A stretch of DNA of 64,000 nucleotides from Rebecca billardiae RCC1528 (taxonomy: Eukaryota; Protista; Haptophyta), in assembly GCA_965240325.2 (NCBI GenBank), contig OZ251245.1, forward strand, positions 806,001 through 870,000, given 5' to 3'. The translations under genes were made by a program, and so were the position numbers. The notes under the pieces are model-generated. The model had not been told where the DNA came from and did no database searches. It saw only the letters and a program-made list of their open reading frames with translations. Positions 1 through 11,649 of the stretch are shown here, piece after piece; the first letter of the stretch is position 1; each line of letters begins with the position of its first letter.

Positions 1-302
1 GGGGCATGCTGCCAGAAGGGGGCAGCTTCACAATGTCGTTCGCGGGCGCGCCCACGCCGCAGCCGGTGGTCTCGGCGCTCGCCGCGCGGCACGTCATGTG
101 CATGGCCTTTGGCACCGTCGGGCAGACGCACAAATTCTATTTTTACGCGCACGCGGCCGCGGAGGGCGCCGTCGTGCTCGCCGAGCTGCTGCTCGACCTG
201 GGCACGCACACGGGGAGGGCGACGCTCAAGAGCGCGGCGCCGGCGGTCATCCCGCGCTTCGGCGACGCGCTGCGCGAGTACGTCAGCGCCGCGGTGCAGT
301 GA
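1..302 (+). CDS. AP4B1: 3' end of AP-4 complex beta subunit (beta-adaptin appendage); 5' part lies outside the window
   Basis: CMAFG..HKFYFYAH..VVLAELLLD..ATLKS resembles the AP-4 beta ear platform domain; stop at 300-302. Confidence 0.65.
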   Translation, partial: GMLPEGGSFTMSFAGAPTPQPVVSALAARHVMCMAFGTVGQTHKFYFYAHAAAEGAVVLAELLLDLGTHTGRATLKSAAPAVIPRFGDALREYVSAAVQ

Positions 303-462
303 GCCGCGGGCTGGGGGCTGACCGCTCAGGGTTGGCAGCCGCAGAGCTTGGAGCCACCGCGCCGTTTCGTTACTTACGCTACCTGTAAAGATCATAGGCG
401 CGGCTCTGCCGGCTCACTGGGTTGCTCGGTAACGTATTTGGCGTCCAGCCCACACGGCTTTG

Positions 463-3400
463 ATGGGGGCGGGCTGCTCGGCCGCGAAGCGGCCGCCCAC
501 CGCGGTGGTGGCATCTGCGGACGAGGGCCATCCGGAAGCGGCGGAGGGCAAGGGCACCGACGACAGACCACCCCAACAGCCGACCGCACCGGCGAGCACC
601 GGCGCCGCGCAGGCTCCCGCCGAGCCGGGCGCGAGTGCGAGCGCGTCGGCCGACGCGCCACCGGCGCAGGCGCGCCCGGCCGCCGCGGCGGCCGGGCCGG
701 CAGCATCGGCGTCTGGCCCGCCGATCGCGGCGGCGAGGGCATCGCCAGAGCAGGCGCCCTCGCCCTCGCCCAAGAAGGCGTCCTTCAAGGAGGAGGTGCT
801 CGCCGAGCTCGCGCAGCCGGCGCCCGCGAGGGGCGGGGACGGCGACAGCGGTCGCGGCGCCGGCGGCTCGCGCGCGAGCACGCCGACGCGGCGCAATCAG
901 TCGGGGATGCGGGCGGACGACAACATGCAGGCGGTGTACGACGTGGTGAGCGCCACCGCCGCCTCCGCCGCCGAGGCCTCCAAGGTGCTCGGCGAGGCGA
1001 TGAGCTCCTCCCTGTACCGCGTGGTCGAGCACGTCGCGGGCCGGCTGACGCGCGTGACTGTGCTCCAGCTCAAGATGCTGCTGGGGAAGGCGCTGTCGCA
1101 GGACGTGTCGATGCACGCGGCGATGACGCCGCACGAGGTCTCGGTGTGCATCCAGGAGCTCGGCCTGCGCGGCGAGAGCTTCCTCCTCTCCGAGGTGCTC
1201 GGCCGGCACCACGGGCAGCTCGTGACGCGCCAGTCGCTGCTCGCCGGTTTGGTCGGTGTCGCAGTGGGCAGCTATGAGGACAAGGTGGCGACGCTGTTCA
1301 TCATCTTCGACGAGTCGAACGACGGGCGGCTGCAGCAGGCGGAGGTGCGCAACCTCTTCTTCGCGTGCTTCGCCTTCAAGCAGCCCGAGGCGTGGACCGA
1401 GGGCTCCGGACTCGAGCCGCAGCAGCTCGCTGACGAGTGCCTTTCCGTGCTCGGCGACTCGGAGGCGGAGCGCGCGCACGGCGTGAGTCTGTACGAGTTC
1501 TTCGACTTCTGCAAGGCGTACGAGCACAAGCTCGCGCCGCTTCTCACGCTCGGCAGCCCCGCCGCCGCGTCCTCCGCCTCCGGCAGGCGCTGGGGCGGCC
1601 TCCACTCGCCGTTCCATTCCAACTCGCCCACGCGCTCGCCCACGCGCCGCGGCTCGCCCGAGAATAGTAATCATGCGGCGAATAATCACAACTCGTCGTC
1701 GAGGTCGTTTGGGGAGCACGCGCTCGCGGCCGGCGCGGCGGGGGCGTCGCCGCGCCGCGCGAAGACGGGCGGCGGCGCGCCGACGGCGGCGGCGTCGGCG
1801 GCTTCGCCGAAGGACGGCGCGAGCCCGTCGCGCGCGCTCAAGGCAACGTCACTCAGCACCGGCCCGCCTCCCGGGCAGTCGCGGCAGCGGACCGGCGCGC
1901 GCGCGCCTCTGGACCCGCTCGAGGGCGGCACGAGTGGCGGCAGCGGCGGCGGTGGTGGTGGTGCGGCGGTGCCGAGTCGCTCGACCATCGCCGGGATGGG
2001 CACGATCGAGATGGTGGGCAGCACGGCCTCGCGCGACGACGACGAGCTGAGCGGCCACCTCCCTGACTTTGAGTCGCTCGAGCTGGGCGGGGGCCGGGGG
2101 CGCGAGGTCGGGCTGCAGGTCGCGCTCGCGCACCCCGGCGGCGGCGCGCTGGGCGCGGCGGACGGCGGGGCGGACGACGACGTGACCGTGCTCTCGGGCT
2201 TCGCCTCCACCGAGATCTCAGACTCGATGGAGCTGCAGTCCATCTCCAAGCTCGGCTCTGGCAGCTTTGCCGACGTGTACCGCGGCGAGTGGCTCGGCAC
2301 TGCCGTGGCGATCAAGCGGCTGAAGGGCACGTCGCGCCACGCGATCGACTCGAAAGTGCTGCTCGCGCTCAAGCGCGAGGTGCACGTGCTCGAGCGCGTG
2401 CGCCACCCCAACTGCATCATGCTCCTCGGCTGGTGCCGCGCGCCACTCACGGTCGTCACGGAGCTCTATGAGGGGGCGTCGATTTCGTCCCAGCTGCGCG
2501 AGCTGAACGAGCTGGCATCGGGGCTCGACGACGACGGCAACCCGCTCGGCGGCGCGCCGTATGACCTGGGCTCGGAGGGGCACGCGCGCTGGGCGCTCTC
2601 GATCGCGCGCGACGTCGCGCGCGGGATGTTGTACCTGCACCACCTGCGCATCATCCACCGCGACCTCAAGTCAGCCAATCTGCTCTGCGACACGCCGCTC
2701 GGGCCCGGGGTGCGGATCTCGAGGCCGCAGCCTGGACGTGTGCGCATCGCAGACTTTGGCCTGGCGCGCGCCATCCAGGGCACCGTCGGGCTGGACGCGG
2801 CCGTGGGCTCGATCCCGTGGATGGCCCCCGGTGCGCGCGCGCGCGCGCACGCGCGTGCGCTCCGCGCGCCGGCTGTGCGCGCCGTGCGGCGTGTGGCGGT
2901 TGGCGTGCCTTCGGCCGAAGGGGCTTGGCTGGGCGCGCGCGCCTTCGGCCGCGCGCGCCGCCCCGCCCGCCGCACGCTCACGCACCGTGCCGCGTGCCCC
3001 GCCCTCCCGCCCCCGCCCGCCCCCTCGCGCGCCCACGGTGGCGCAGAGGTGATGGCGGCGCAGGAGCGCTCGCGCCAGCCGGGCGCGGACGAGGCTTACG
3101 GCGTGCAGGCGGACGTGTACTCGTTCGCCATGGTGGTCTGGGAGCTGTGCACCTGCCGCACGCCCTACTCGGCGAGCGGGCCGGGGCAGAAGGCTCTGCA
3201 TCCGATTGCCGTCTTCTACCGCGTGAGCAACGAGGGGATGCGGCCAGAGCTGCCGCAGGGCGGCGTGATTGTGGACGCTGGCTTTGGCCGGCTGATGGCT
3301 GACTGCTGGGCGCAGGAGCCAGACGCGCGACCCACGTTCCGGCAGGTGCTGCAGCGGCTCGACACCATCGCCACCACCGTCGCGAGGCGGAGCTCCGTGC

Positions 3401-3552
3401 TCGACGGCAGCTCCTCCGCGACGCTGCTCTCGCCCGCGCGCAGCCCGTCCGCGCGCGTGAGCCCGTCCGCGCAGCGGCGCGCGATGGCCGGCAGCGGCGG
3501 CGCCTCGCCCATGCGTGCCAGCGGGCGTGTCAATCGGCTGGCATCGCTCTGA
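463..3552 (+). CDS. TKL-type protein kinase with N-terminal acylation motif and calcineurin-B/NCS-like EF-hand region; intron 2831-3046
   Basis: MGAGCS start; EDKVATLFIIFDESNDGRLQQAEV EF-hand; kinase motifs LGSGSFADVY, VAIK, HRDLKSANLL, ADFGLAR, DVYSF, CWAQEPDARPTF. WMAPE is restored only by removing the GT..AG intron 2831-3046. Confidence 0.9.
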   Translation: MGAGCSAAKRPPTAVVASADEGHPEAAEGKGTDDRPPQQPTAPASTGAAQAPAEPGASASASADAPPAQARPAAAAAGPAASASGPPIAAARASPEQAPSPSPKKASFKEEVLAELAQPAPARGGDGDSGRGAGGSRASTPTRRNQSGMRADDNMQAVYDVVSATAASAAEASKVLGEAMSSSLYRVVEHVAGRLTRVTVLQLKMLLGKALSQDVSMHAAMTPHEVSVCIQELGLRGESFLLSEVLGRHHGQLVTRQSLLAGLVGVAVGSYEDKVATLFIIFDESNDGRLQQAEVRNLFFACFAFKQPEAWTEGSGLEPQQLADECLSVLGDSEAERAHGVSLYEFFDFCKAYEHKLAPLLTLGSPAAASSASGRRWGGLHSPFHSNSPTRSPTRRGSPENSNHAANNHNSSSRSFGEHALAAGAAGASPRRAKTGGGAPTAAASAASPKDGASPSRALKATSLSTGPPPGQSRQRTGARAPLDPLEGGTSGGSGGGGGGAAVPSRSTIAGMGTIEMVGSTASRDDDELSGHLPDFESLELGGGRGREVGLQVALAHPGGGALGAADGGADDDVTVLSGFASTEISDSMELQSISKLGSGSFADVYRGEWLGTAVAIKRLKGTSRHAIDSKVLLALKREVHVLERVRHPNCIMLLGWCRAPLTVVTELYEGASISSQLRELNELASGLDDDGNPLGGAPYDLGSEGHARWALSIARDVARGMLYLHHLRIIHRDLKSANLLCDTPLGPGVRISRPQPGRVRIADFGLARAIQGTVGLDAAVGSIPWMAPGARARAHARALRAPAVRAVRRVAVGVPSAEGAWLGARAFGRARRPARRTLTHRAACPALPPPPAPSRAHGGAEVMAAQERSRQPGADEAYGVQADVYSFAMVVWELCTCRTPYSASGPGQKALHPIAVFYRVSNEGMRPELPQGGVIVDAGFGRLMADCWAQEPDARPTFRQVLQRLDTIATTVARRSSVLDGSSSATLLSPARSPSARVSPSAQRRAMAGSGGASPMRASGRVNRLASL

Positions 3553-5041
3553 AGTCTGATGGCGCGCGGCGCGAGCCAAGGCGCGCGCCAGCCAGGCACT
3601 AGGCAGGGCGGTGACCGCGTGCGACCACGGCCGCTACGCCGCGCGTGGACTCGATCATGGCCGGCTGCCCCGGGCTGAATGCCGGACGCCGGCTCCGGGC
3701 TCGGCCTCGGGCTCGGGGCACTTACCCGTTACCGGCTTACCGCACTTAGAATGTTGGGAACAGGGAACGCGTGGGTCCCAGACCCAGACTGCCAGACAGG
3801 CTCCGTTGCCTGCAGGCATCATCGAGAGCCACGACTAAGAGACAGACTACAGAGTGAGCTGTCGCCTGACAGGCTCTGTCGGCCTGTCTGCCGTCGGGCC
3901 GGGAGTCCGGGCCCGACGGCCGGCAGACAGCGGGTCTTGACGACTGCTGATGATATGCTATATAGAGAGAGAGACAGATGAGAGAGAGATATTCATCATC
4001 ACTATATTCCCGGCCAGGTCTATGACAGCTCACAGCCCAAAAATATTTGGTCTGCCGGCCCCGACTACGCGGCTACGCCGGCCGCGAACTGACGGACTCC
4101 GGAGCGGGTCAGCCGGTGACGCCAAAGTGCCGATTGAGCTGCAATGATGGCGCTGTCAGCTGTCACTCTGCACCGGCCAGTGAGTATCGCATCGGGTACG
4201 CCGGTGAGAGCAGCGGTGTTCCACACGCCGGCGTCATCGGTCATGCCGCCAGCGAGGTCGCAGGTGAGCTCGTTGAGTTGCTGTCCCTTCGCGTCGCACT
4301 TTCGCTAAGGCTGGTCGGCGGTTGTTGGAGCGCGCGCAGGGCTCGTGGATGAAGATCATCGCGCACCGACAGTGATGAGCGGCGCGCTGCATACGCGGCG
4401 CGCGTGCGCGCGCGAAGGCTCCGCGGACTGACAGCGCTGCCGCCGCGTGGGCTGAAGTTGGCGGTCAGAAGCATGTCGGCATCGGCTGGTTGGCGAGGCC
4501 CGAGCATGCACCCACGCGGGCCGTCTCGTGGTGTGAGAGCAGGTCGAGGATGCTCAAGCGCACCCTGGGAGCGCACCACCGCCAGCGCGAGCGGTGGCAC
4601 AGTCGCCGGCAGCGGCGACGCCGGTTGCACCATACAAGTACTCGCCGGCGGACGCAGTTCGAGTGTCGAGGTGGCGCCTTCCTGGACCAAAGCGGCCCCG
4701 CTGATTATTAATCGGGGCCCAAAATAATCAGGGACGATGTTGCCTGAAATTTCCCACCGGGTGTCCGGGTCGCTGAGAAATCTCCGCAACGCGACGAACG
4801 AACTCCAGAACGCCGGCGGCGGAGAAGTTTGAAGTTTCAGGCTCGCACTTTGAGCCCCCGTCCGGAAATCTGGCGCATCCATCCGGCCGCCAGCAAACCA
4901 GCGGGAAACAGGCTTGATCCTGATTCTTCCGTTGGTCAGTGCACGAACCAGTGCTGCACTGCTGCTGCGTCTTCCCGATTCATCATCGCCTCGTCCGTGC
5001 ACGTCCCCACGACGACCGTCGTGGTGAACGGACGCGGCCTG

Positions 5042-5875
5042 ATGAGCGCCATGCTGATTGCATTCATGCCACTGAGCACGGCGCACGCCTTGAGCACCAT
5101 CTCGCCGCGCGCCACCACCCCCACTCGCGCGGCTGCGCGGCACGCGAGCAGCTGGCGCACGCTCGCGGCCATGAACGCGGCCGTACAGCAAACGACGCAG
5201 GACGCGCCCAGCAGCACGCAGGTCTACCGCGAGATCTTCGCGACGGAGCGCGCGACGGCCATCGAGTGCGAGGAGGAGCTCGCGCTCTTCGAGGGCAAGA
5301 GCGCCACCTTCGGCTACATCCCGCACGCCGAGTGCGCTCGTTTGCTCGCTCACGCGGAGCAGGCGCTGCGCGAGGCGGCGCCGCGCTCACGCTCGAGCGC
5401 GCGGGAGCTGGAAGCACTGCCGCTGGCTGGGCGCAAGTTCGTCGACCTGGGCTCGGGCGACGGCCGCGTGGTCATCTCCGCCGCCCTGCTCCGCCCCGAG
5501 CTCGGCAGCGCCGTCGGCATCGAGCTGAGCACGACACGGCACGCGGCCGCGGCCGCTCACGTCGCGACCCTGCGGAAGGCGGTGCCGAGCACGCGCCGTG
5601 CGCCGGCGGAGGTGATCTGCGACGACATGCTGGGCTGGAATGGGCTCGCCGACGCGGACGTGGTCTTCGTGAACAACCTGTGCTTCGGCGAGGCCATCAA
5701 CGAGCAGCTCGGCCAGCGGCTCACGGCGGAGCTCCCGACTGACCGGACGGCGGTGGTCCTGAGCACGGGCACGCAGATGCGCTTCGGGCGGCCGCACGCC
5801 GAGCGCTCGGCGCTGATCGGCCAGTCGTGGGGCGCCTCGCCGCTCTACGTTTACACTCTGCCGCCCGCCCAGTGA
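5042..5875 (+). CDS. DOT1-like class I SAM-dependent methyltransferase with N-terminal targeting-like extension
   Basis: TFGYI, FVDLGSGDGRVV, AVGIELSTTRH, ADVVFVNNLCF motifs; likely ATG at 5042. Confidence 0.75.
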   Translation: MSAMLIAFMPLSTAHALSTISPRATTPTRAAARHASSWRTLAAMNAAVQQTTQDAPSSTQVYREIFATERATAIECEEELALFEGKSATFGYIPHAECARLLAHAEQALREAAPRSRSSARELEALPLAGRKFVDLGSGDGRVVISAALLRPELGSAVGIELSTTRHAAAAAHVATLRKAVPSTRRAPAEVICDDMLGWNGLADADVVFVNNLCFGEAINEQLGQRLTAELPTDRTAVVLSTGTQMRFGRPHAERSALIGQSWGASPLYVYTLPPAQ

Positions 5876-6230
5876 GCCTGTTGCGCATCGCCGAACCGCC
5901 GGGACCGCACCGCCGGCTCGGAGTAGTGTAACGGAGTAGTGCCTAGTATCAGTAGTATAAGTAGTATATATAGAATTTCGATCGTAGTAGCTTATTCGCT
6001 TTCAATTTGCGCGTCGCGCGGCCCAACGCCGCGACGTCGCGGCGTCATCAGTTGCGAGCTGCTGCTGCACCGCCGTCGCGGCGAGTCTCAGCTGTGTAGT
6101 AACTACTAACTAGCATATATTCACCGTTGATATTGTAGTATTACCGTATTAGCCGAGTAGCATATTGTACGTAGTTAGTATTACTGTATTAGCCGACATC
6201 CGGACCTGCACCCGCTCAGCACCCTCGCCC

Positions 6231-6445
6231 TCGCTCGGAGCACAGCAGATCCATGGCGAGCCGCGCAGCGCAGGTGGATCGCGCCTCCAGCAGCTCAAGG
6301 CCGCGCTCAAGCCATTCGATCGCGGTTCAGGCTATGCTCTGGCTCTGCCACCAACGCCGACTTCGTGTCGACGATCGGGCACTGCCGACGACGAATCAGG
6401 AGACCTGCGCCGTCCTACCTGTGTCGTTAAATCATAGAATGAGTA
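6231..6445 (+). repeat. Dispersed ~210-bp repeat, copy 1 (copy 2 at 55387-55593, same orientation)
   Basis: Near-identical sequence ...cagcagctcaaggccgcgctcaagccattcgatcgcggttcaggctatgctct...gtgtcgttaaatcatagaatgagta at both sites. Confidence 0.92.
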
Positions 6446-6921
6446 CACTGCAATTATAACGCTGTCTGCTCGCGGTGAGTGCCCTTGACTTAACTACTGA
6501 GTCACTCTTAAGGTGTCCTGGACTGGCTTCACTCAGTTCCGAGTTCACTGCGCGCGGCAGTGATCATGGACATGAGCCAGCGCGGGCGAGGCCCGAGCGA
6601 GCAGGAGCGCCGGAGCCACCCGGGCCGGGATCCACAGTGTCTGTCCAAGGAGTCTTTAAAAACCCAGTCTGTCAACGGTGACAGTGCCGCTCTTGAGTCT
6701 TGGCGGAAGTTGGAAGGCCGATTTCCGAAGTCCGGCGGACGACCGCTGGGTGGACGCGAGCATGTGGCCAAGGGGAGTCCCCTTGATGTGGCGGTCCCGG
6801 ACGGATGCTGGAAAAAGGTACAGCCTACAGGCTCAGTACCTTGGACCAGATCGGCGGCATCCTGATCTCGCTCGCCGTCACGAAGGCTGCCACGAGGGCG
6901 GCCGCGGGCGCGCCGCGTGGG

Positions 6922-9900
6922 ATGCACCGCCTGCTGCGCGCGCAGCTCCCGCTGTCCGCGCGTCGCGCGGCGCAGCTGGCTCGCCCGTCGCTCCCGCCCC
7001 GCCGGGTCGACGCGCCCGTGCCGCACATCCTCGACGGCGCGCCCGCGCTCGCCCTCCGACGCGCGTTGCGCACGCCGCACCCGGGGCCGGCGCGGCTACC
7101 GGCGAGGCGGCAGGCAGGATGGGGCCGGCGTATCCATAGTGGCGGGCAGTACGATTCGTACGGCGCGTACAGACCCACCCGCCCGGCGCGCATGCCCGCC
7201 GAGGAGGGCGCATCCAACACGCAGCGCTCATTCCGCGCCTACTCGCGCGACGAGGTCCGGGCGCTGCTCGACCGCGCGCTGCAGCGATCAGGGTGCGCGC
7301 GCGCGCGGGCGCGCGGCGCGTAAGGGCCCACCGCATCCGCTCGCGCCCACGCCCGTCGCGCCCGTGCCCGCGCGCACTCACGCCGCGCGCGCGCGCCCCA
7401 CGGCCCGCGGCGCGCAGTGTCCAGACGGCCTACTGGCTCGCAGGCTCTGTGTTCGCGCTGCTGCTGGGCTGGTTCATCTACAGGTGTGCGCGCGGCGCGG
7501 GTGTTTGCGCGTGCAGCGTGTCGGCGCCGCGGCTCTCTGCGCCGCTCTCCTGCCCTCCGCTCTCGAGCTCCAAGAGCACACGGGCGCCCGCTCGCGGGCT
7601 CGCGCGCGCGCGCGCGCGCATGCGCGTGCGCGGCTCACACCGCCGCCGCGCGTTTTGGCGTCCTCGCCCCGGCCGTCCGCGGCGCGCAGGGAGCAGGCGA
7701 AGGACCAGATGATCCGCGAGGTCGCCGACCTCGCCTCGCGCTCCCTCGGCGACAAGAAGGTCCGCACGCAGACCGCTGAGGTCTCGATGCAGACGCTTGC
7801 CGCGCTGCTCGCCGACGAGAACACCCGCCACCGCACGCTGGAGTGGTTGGAGGGCGTGCTGGAGGACGAGCGCACCGTCTCCGCGCTCGTGCACCTCACG
7901 CAGCAGGCGCGTCGCCGCCCTGCCAAGCGCGCGCGCGCGCGCGACCCGCCGCGCCCTCGCTCGGTGCGCCGCTGTCGGCTAGCGCTGACTCGGCCGCGCG
8001 TGTGTGTGTGTGTGCGCGCGTGCGTGCGTGTGCGTGTGTGCGCGTGTGTGTGTGTGCGCGCGTGCCCACGCGCGCAGGTGCTGACGAACGAGGTGACCAT
8101 CGACAAGGCGTCGCAGCTCATGCAGGTCGTGTTCGCGCTCCCGGCCGTGCGCGAGGCCGTGCTGCTCGGTCTGCAGGACGTGATCTGCTCCGACCGATTC
8201 CTTGAGACGGCTGCGGACTTCGGGATGCGTCTGATTGGGACAGAGGAGGTGCGCGGCGCGGCGACCGAGCTGCTCCAGGCCTCGGCGAACGCGCTGCTCG
8301 AGGACGAGGCGGTGCGCGAGCACGCGCGCGTCTTCGTCCTCTCCCTCCTCGAGGCGGACCAGCTCAAGCGCAAGACAGGGGACCACCTGCGCGGCGCGGT
8401 GGTGCAAATGTTCAACCCGGTCGCGTGGCTGCGCTCTGGGGACGGCGCGGGCGGCGGCGGGGCGGAGCAGGGCGCGGAGGAGGGCGGCGCGCGCGGAAGC
8501 CAGCCCGCGCAGTTGGGCGCGGCGGGCGCGACCGACGAGCAGGGCGGCGCCGCGGTCTCCGCCGAGGCCGCCTCCGCGTCCTCCGTGCAAGCCGCGGCCA
8601 AACGACACACGCCCGCGGAGACAGCGGCACGAATTGGCATGGGCGAGCTGCCGGAGGGCGGCGCGGCCGATTCGGCCGGCCCGGTGCAGCCCGAGCGCGC
8701 GACGCGGCCGACGGCCGACGCGCTGCGCGAGACCGAGCAGGCGGCGAGCCGCGCGCTCCAGTCGATGGCGAGCGGTGAGAACACACCGGCTGCCCTCCAC
8801 GCTGCGGCGGTGGTGCGACGTGAGACGGGCGCGGCGGCCTCGGCCGGCGGCGCGGGCGCGGGCGGGCGCGGCGCCGATGGCGGCGCGGGCGGCGGGCAGG
8901 CGGCGGCAACGGGCGGGGTGTTGGACGCTCCGCCGCCGTCGTCCGCGCGGCAAGCACCGCCGACCGAGCCAACCCTGCAGGGCGCGCCGCGCGCGGCGGG
9001 CGGGACCGCAACGCCGGCGGGCGCGGCTGAGGGCGGGGACGCCGCCGATGCGGAGGCCGCCGGCAGAGCGCCCGTCGCGGGCGCTGCCACGGCGAGCACC
9101 GCCGCCGCCGCCGCAGCCCCGGCGGCGGCGGTGGTAGCGGCGGCGGCGGCGGCGGTGGTCGACGCGCACGACAGCGCGGACGGCAACGCCGAGGGCAGCG
9201 GGCGGCGCGCGCCGGCCGCGCCGCCCGCTCGCGAGGCGCCGCCCCCCGCCCGTGTGATCCCGCCGCCCTTCGCGCCGGCGGACCTGGATGTGGACGTGCA
9301 CGCGCCGGAGGCGGCGCCGAGCGTGCCGGAGGCGGCGAGCGCGGCCGCTCGGCGCCGAGGGACGCACCAGCCGCAGCAGCCGCCACAGCAGCCGCCGGAC
9401 GTGTCGGCGCGGCTGCCAGCCGAGGCCCCTCCGGCAGAGTCGCACCCGCAGCGCGCAGCCAGCCGCTCCGGGCGCAGCGCAGCACACGCCGAGGGCGGCG
9501 GGCTACGAGGCAGCGAGGCCACAAGCGGCGCCGAGCCTCTTGGCGGAGCCCGGCGCACGCAGCGTGGCGATGTGGGGAGCGCGCCGCAGACTGAGCAGGA
9601 GGAGGAGGGCAAGGCTGCGCGCGCCGGCGCTGACGCGGCGAGCGCGCCCGCAGAGGCGCCGTTGCCAATTGCCTCCTCGAGCGGCGCGGCCGGCGCGGAG
9701 CAGGCTGCGCGCTCCGCCGAGGCCGGCGCGGCAGAGGGCGGCGAGGCGGTGGCCCGTGCCGCCGGCGCGCACGCCGCGCCCGACTCGGCAGTTGACGACA
9801 CGACAACGGCCGCCTCGGCAGGCGAAGGGCCGCCCTCGGATGGGCAGCAGTGGCAGCCCGCGCCGCCGCCGCACTCAGTTTGGCTGGAGGCGGCCGCCCA

Positions 9901-10594
9901 CGCGCGCGACGCCCGAGGCAGCGCCGGGGCGCGGGCGCTCGAGAAGCCGGCCGCGGCGGGGGGCGGGGGCGCGCCCGAGCCCGCCGCGCACGCCGCGCAG
10001 CCCACCGAGCGCTCGGCCCGCTCGGACGGCGCGCACGGAGCTCCGCGCGCCGCCGCCGAGCCCGAGCCAGCCGCGCGCCGCCCTGCAGCAGTAGGCGGGT
10101 GGAGGGCCAGGCTCGGGTGGTTGATTGGCCGAGGCGGCGGCGCCTCCGCTGGCGAGCAGGAGGCGGCGGCGGCGTCGGACGAGCTGGTCAGCTTCGCCAC
10201 GGCGCCGGCGACGGTGGCGCCGAGCGAGCGCAGAGCGTCCGGCGCGCAGCCCGAGCGGGAGCCGCCGCTCTCGGCTGGGGCGCTGCACGCGAGCGCGGCG
10301 CCTGATGCGCACACCGCCGCGCGCGCCGCGGGCGCGGCGGAGCCTCTGCCGGCCAAGGCGGCGCAGGGCGCGTCGGCGGCGCCGAGCGCACAGGATGACG
10401 GGCGCGTGGCGGGTGTGGCGCCCATGTCGGCCGAGGCGCAGCACGCCAGGGCGGCGCCGAGCGCTCACACCGCCGCCGAGCGCGCGGTGGCGCCGACGCC
10501 CATGTCTCCCGAGGCGCAGCACGCGAGGGCGGCGGCTGACGCGCACACCGACGTGCGCGCCTCAGCGCCCCGGACCACGCCGATCGGGCACTGA
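6922..10594 (+). CDS. Uncharacterised, probably mitochondrial single-TM helical protein with long Ala/Gly/Pro-rich tail; introns 7293-7417, 7484-7689, 7907-8077 (GC-AG)
   Basis: Arg-rich presequence-like N-terminus MHRLLRAQLPLSARR; TM YWLAGSVFALLLGWFIY. The three introns join the frames in phase. Confidence 0.65.
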
Positions 10595-10965
10595 CCGGAC
10601 GGGTGAGCAGTCACGGAAGAATCGGACGACAGTGCGGTTGAGGCCTACCGCTGACGGCTGAGGCGGGCTAGCTGACGTTACCTCGGTGCCCCAGTCAGTG
10701 TCAGTGGCAGCCCCGAGCGCGACTCCGCGGCCGCCGCTGCACCTACCGGTACGGGCGCCCGCGTCCGGCGGCCGGATTCTCCGGCCGCCGGACTCAGCGC
10801 GCAGCCGCCAGCCGGAGATCGCGCGCGCGCGGCCGCGCAGCGGAAGCGCGCGCGCGTGCACGTCGAAGGGCGAAAGCTCAGCGTGCAAGCGCGGACAGGA
10901 GGTGGCCGCAGCGTCACCCTCCCCACCGCTTTCGCTCCCGCGGCCTCCCGCCCCCCGATCTCGCG

Positions 10966-11589
10966 ATGGCCGAGCCAACGACTGCTCAGATGGCGCCCTC
11001 GGAAGACCAGCCGCGAACGCCGGCGGATGTCGACGGCGCCCAGCCTGCGGACTCATCATCCGCGCGCGCGCCCGCGGCCGCCGCTGCCGGCGCGGACAGC
11101 AAGGATGCCTCTTCGGTCAAGGTGCAGATCATGCGGCGCGAGGCAGGCGCGCGCGTGGGCGAGCGGAGTGCCTCGCCCACCGCCGGTGCGGCGTCCGACG
11201 CCGCCTCCACGAGGTCGGTCCAGGAGCGTGCGGACGAGTACGAGGCGGTGCGCGCGCGGATCTTTTCGGCCGGCGGCGCGCCCGCCGCCGACGGCGATGG
11301 CGCGAGCGACAAGGGCGAGGGCGACACGGCGGGCGCGAGCGCGCGGGGCGATTCGTCTGCCGCGTGCAATGGCCACGTCGCTCGCGCATCCGCGCCCGCC
11401 GCGGATGGCGCTGCCGCGCCGGCCGCCGCCGCCGCCGCGACCGCGCCCGCCAGCGCGCCGCCAGCCCTCACCAAGGGCGGGCGCGGCTCGAAGGGGAAGG
11501 GCGCGGACGGGTCCAAGGGCGGCGACGCGATGCCCGCCGCCACGGCCGCCGCCGCGAAGAGCAAGTCGCGCAGCGGCCGCAAGAAGCGC

Positions 11590-11649
<60 letters not shown>

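Noticed and set aside
7474-10425. Long antisense/alternative-frame ORFs (also 37418-39607, 38497-40500, 56831-59020 and many others)
   Set aside because: Shadow ORFs from extreme GC content; Arg/Ala/Pro-rich, motif-free and overlapping better-supported genes.
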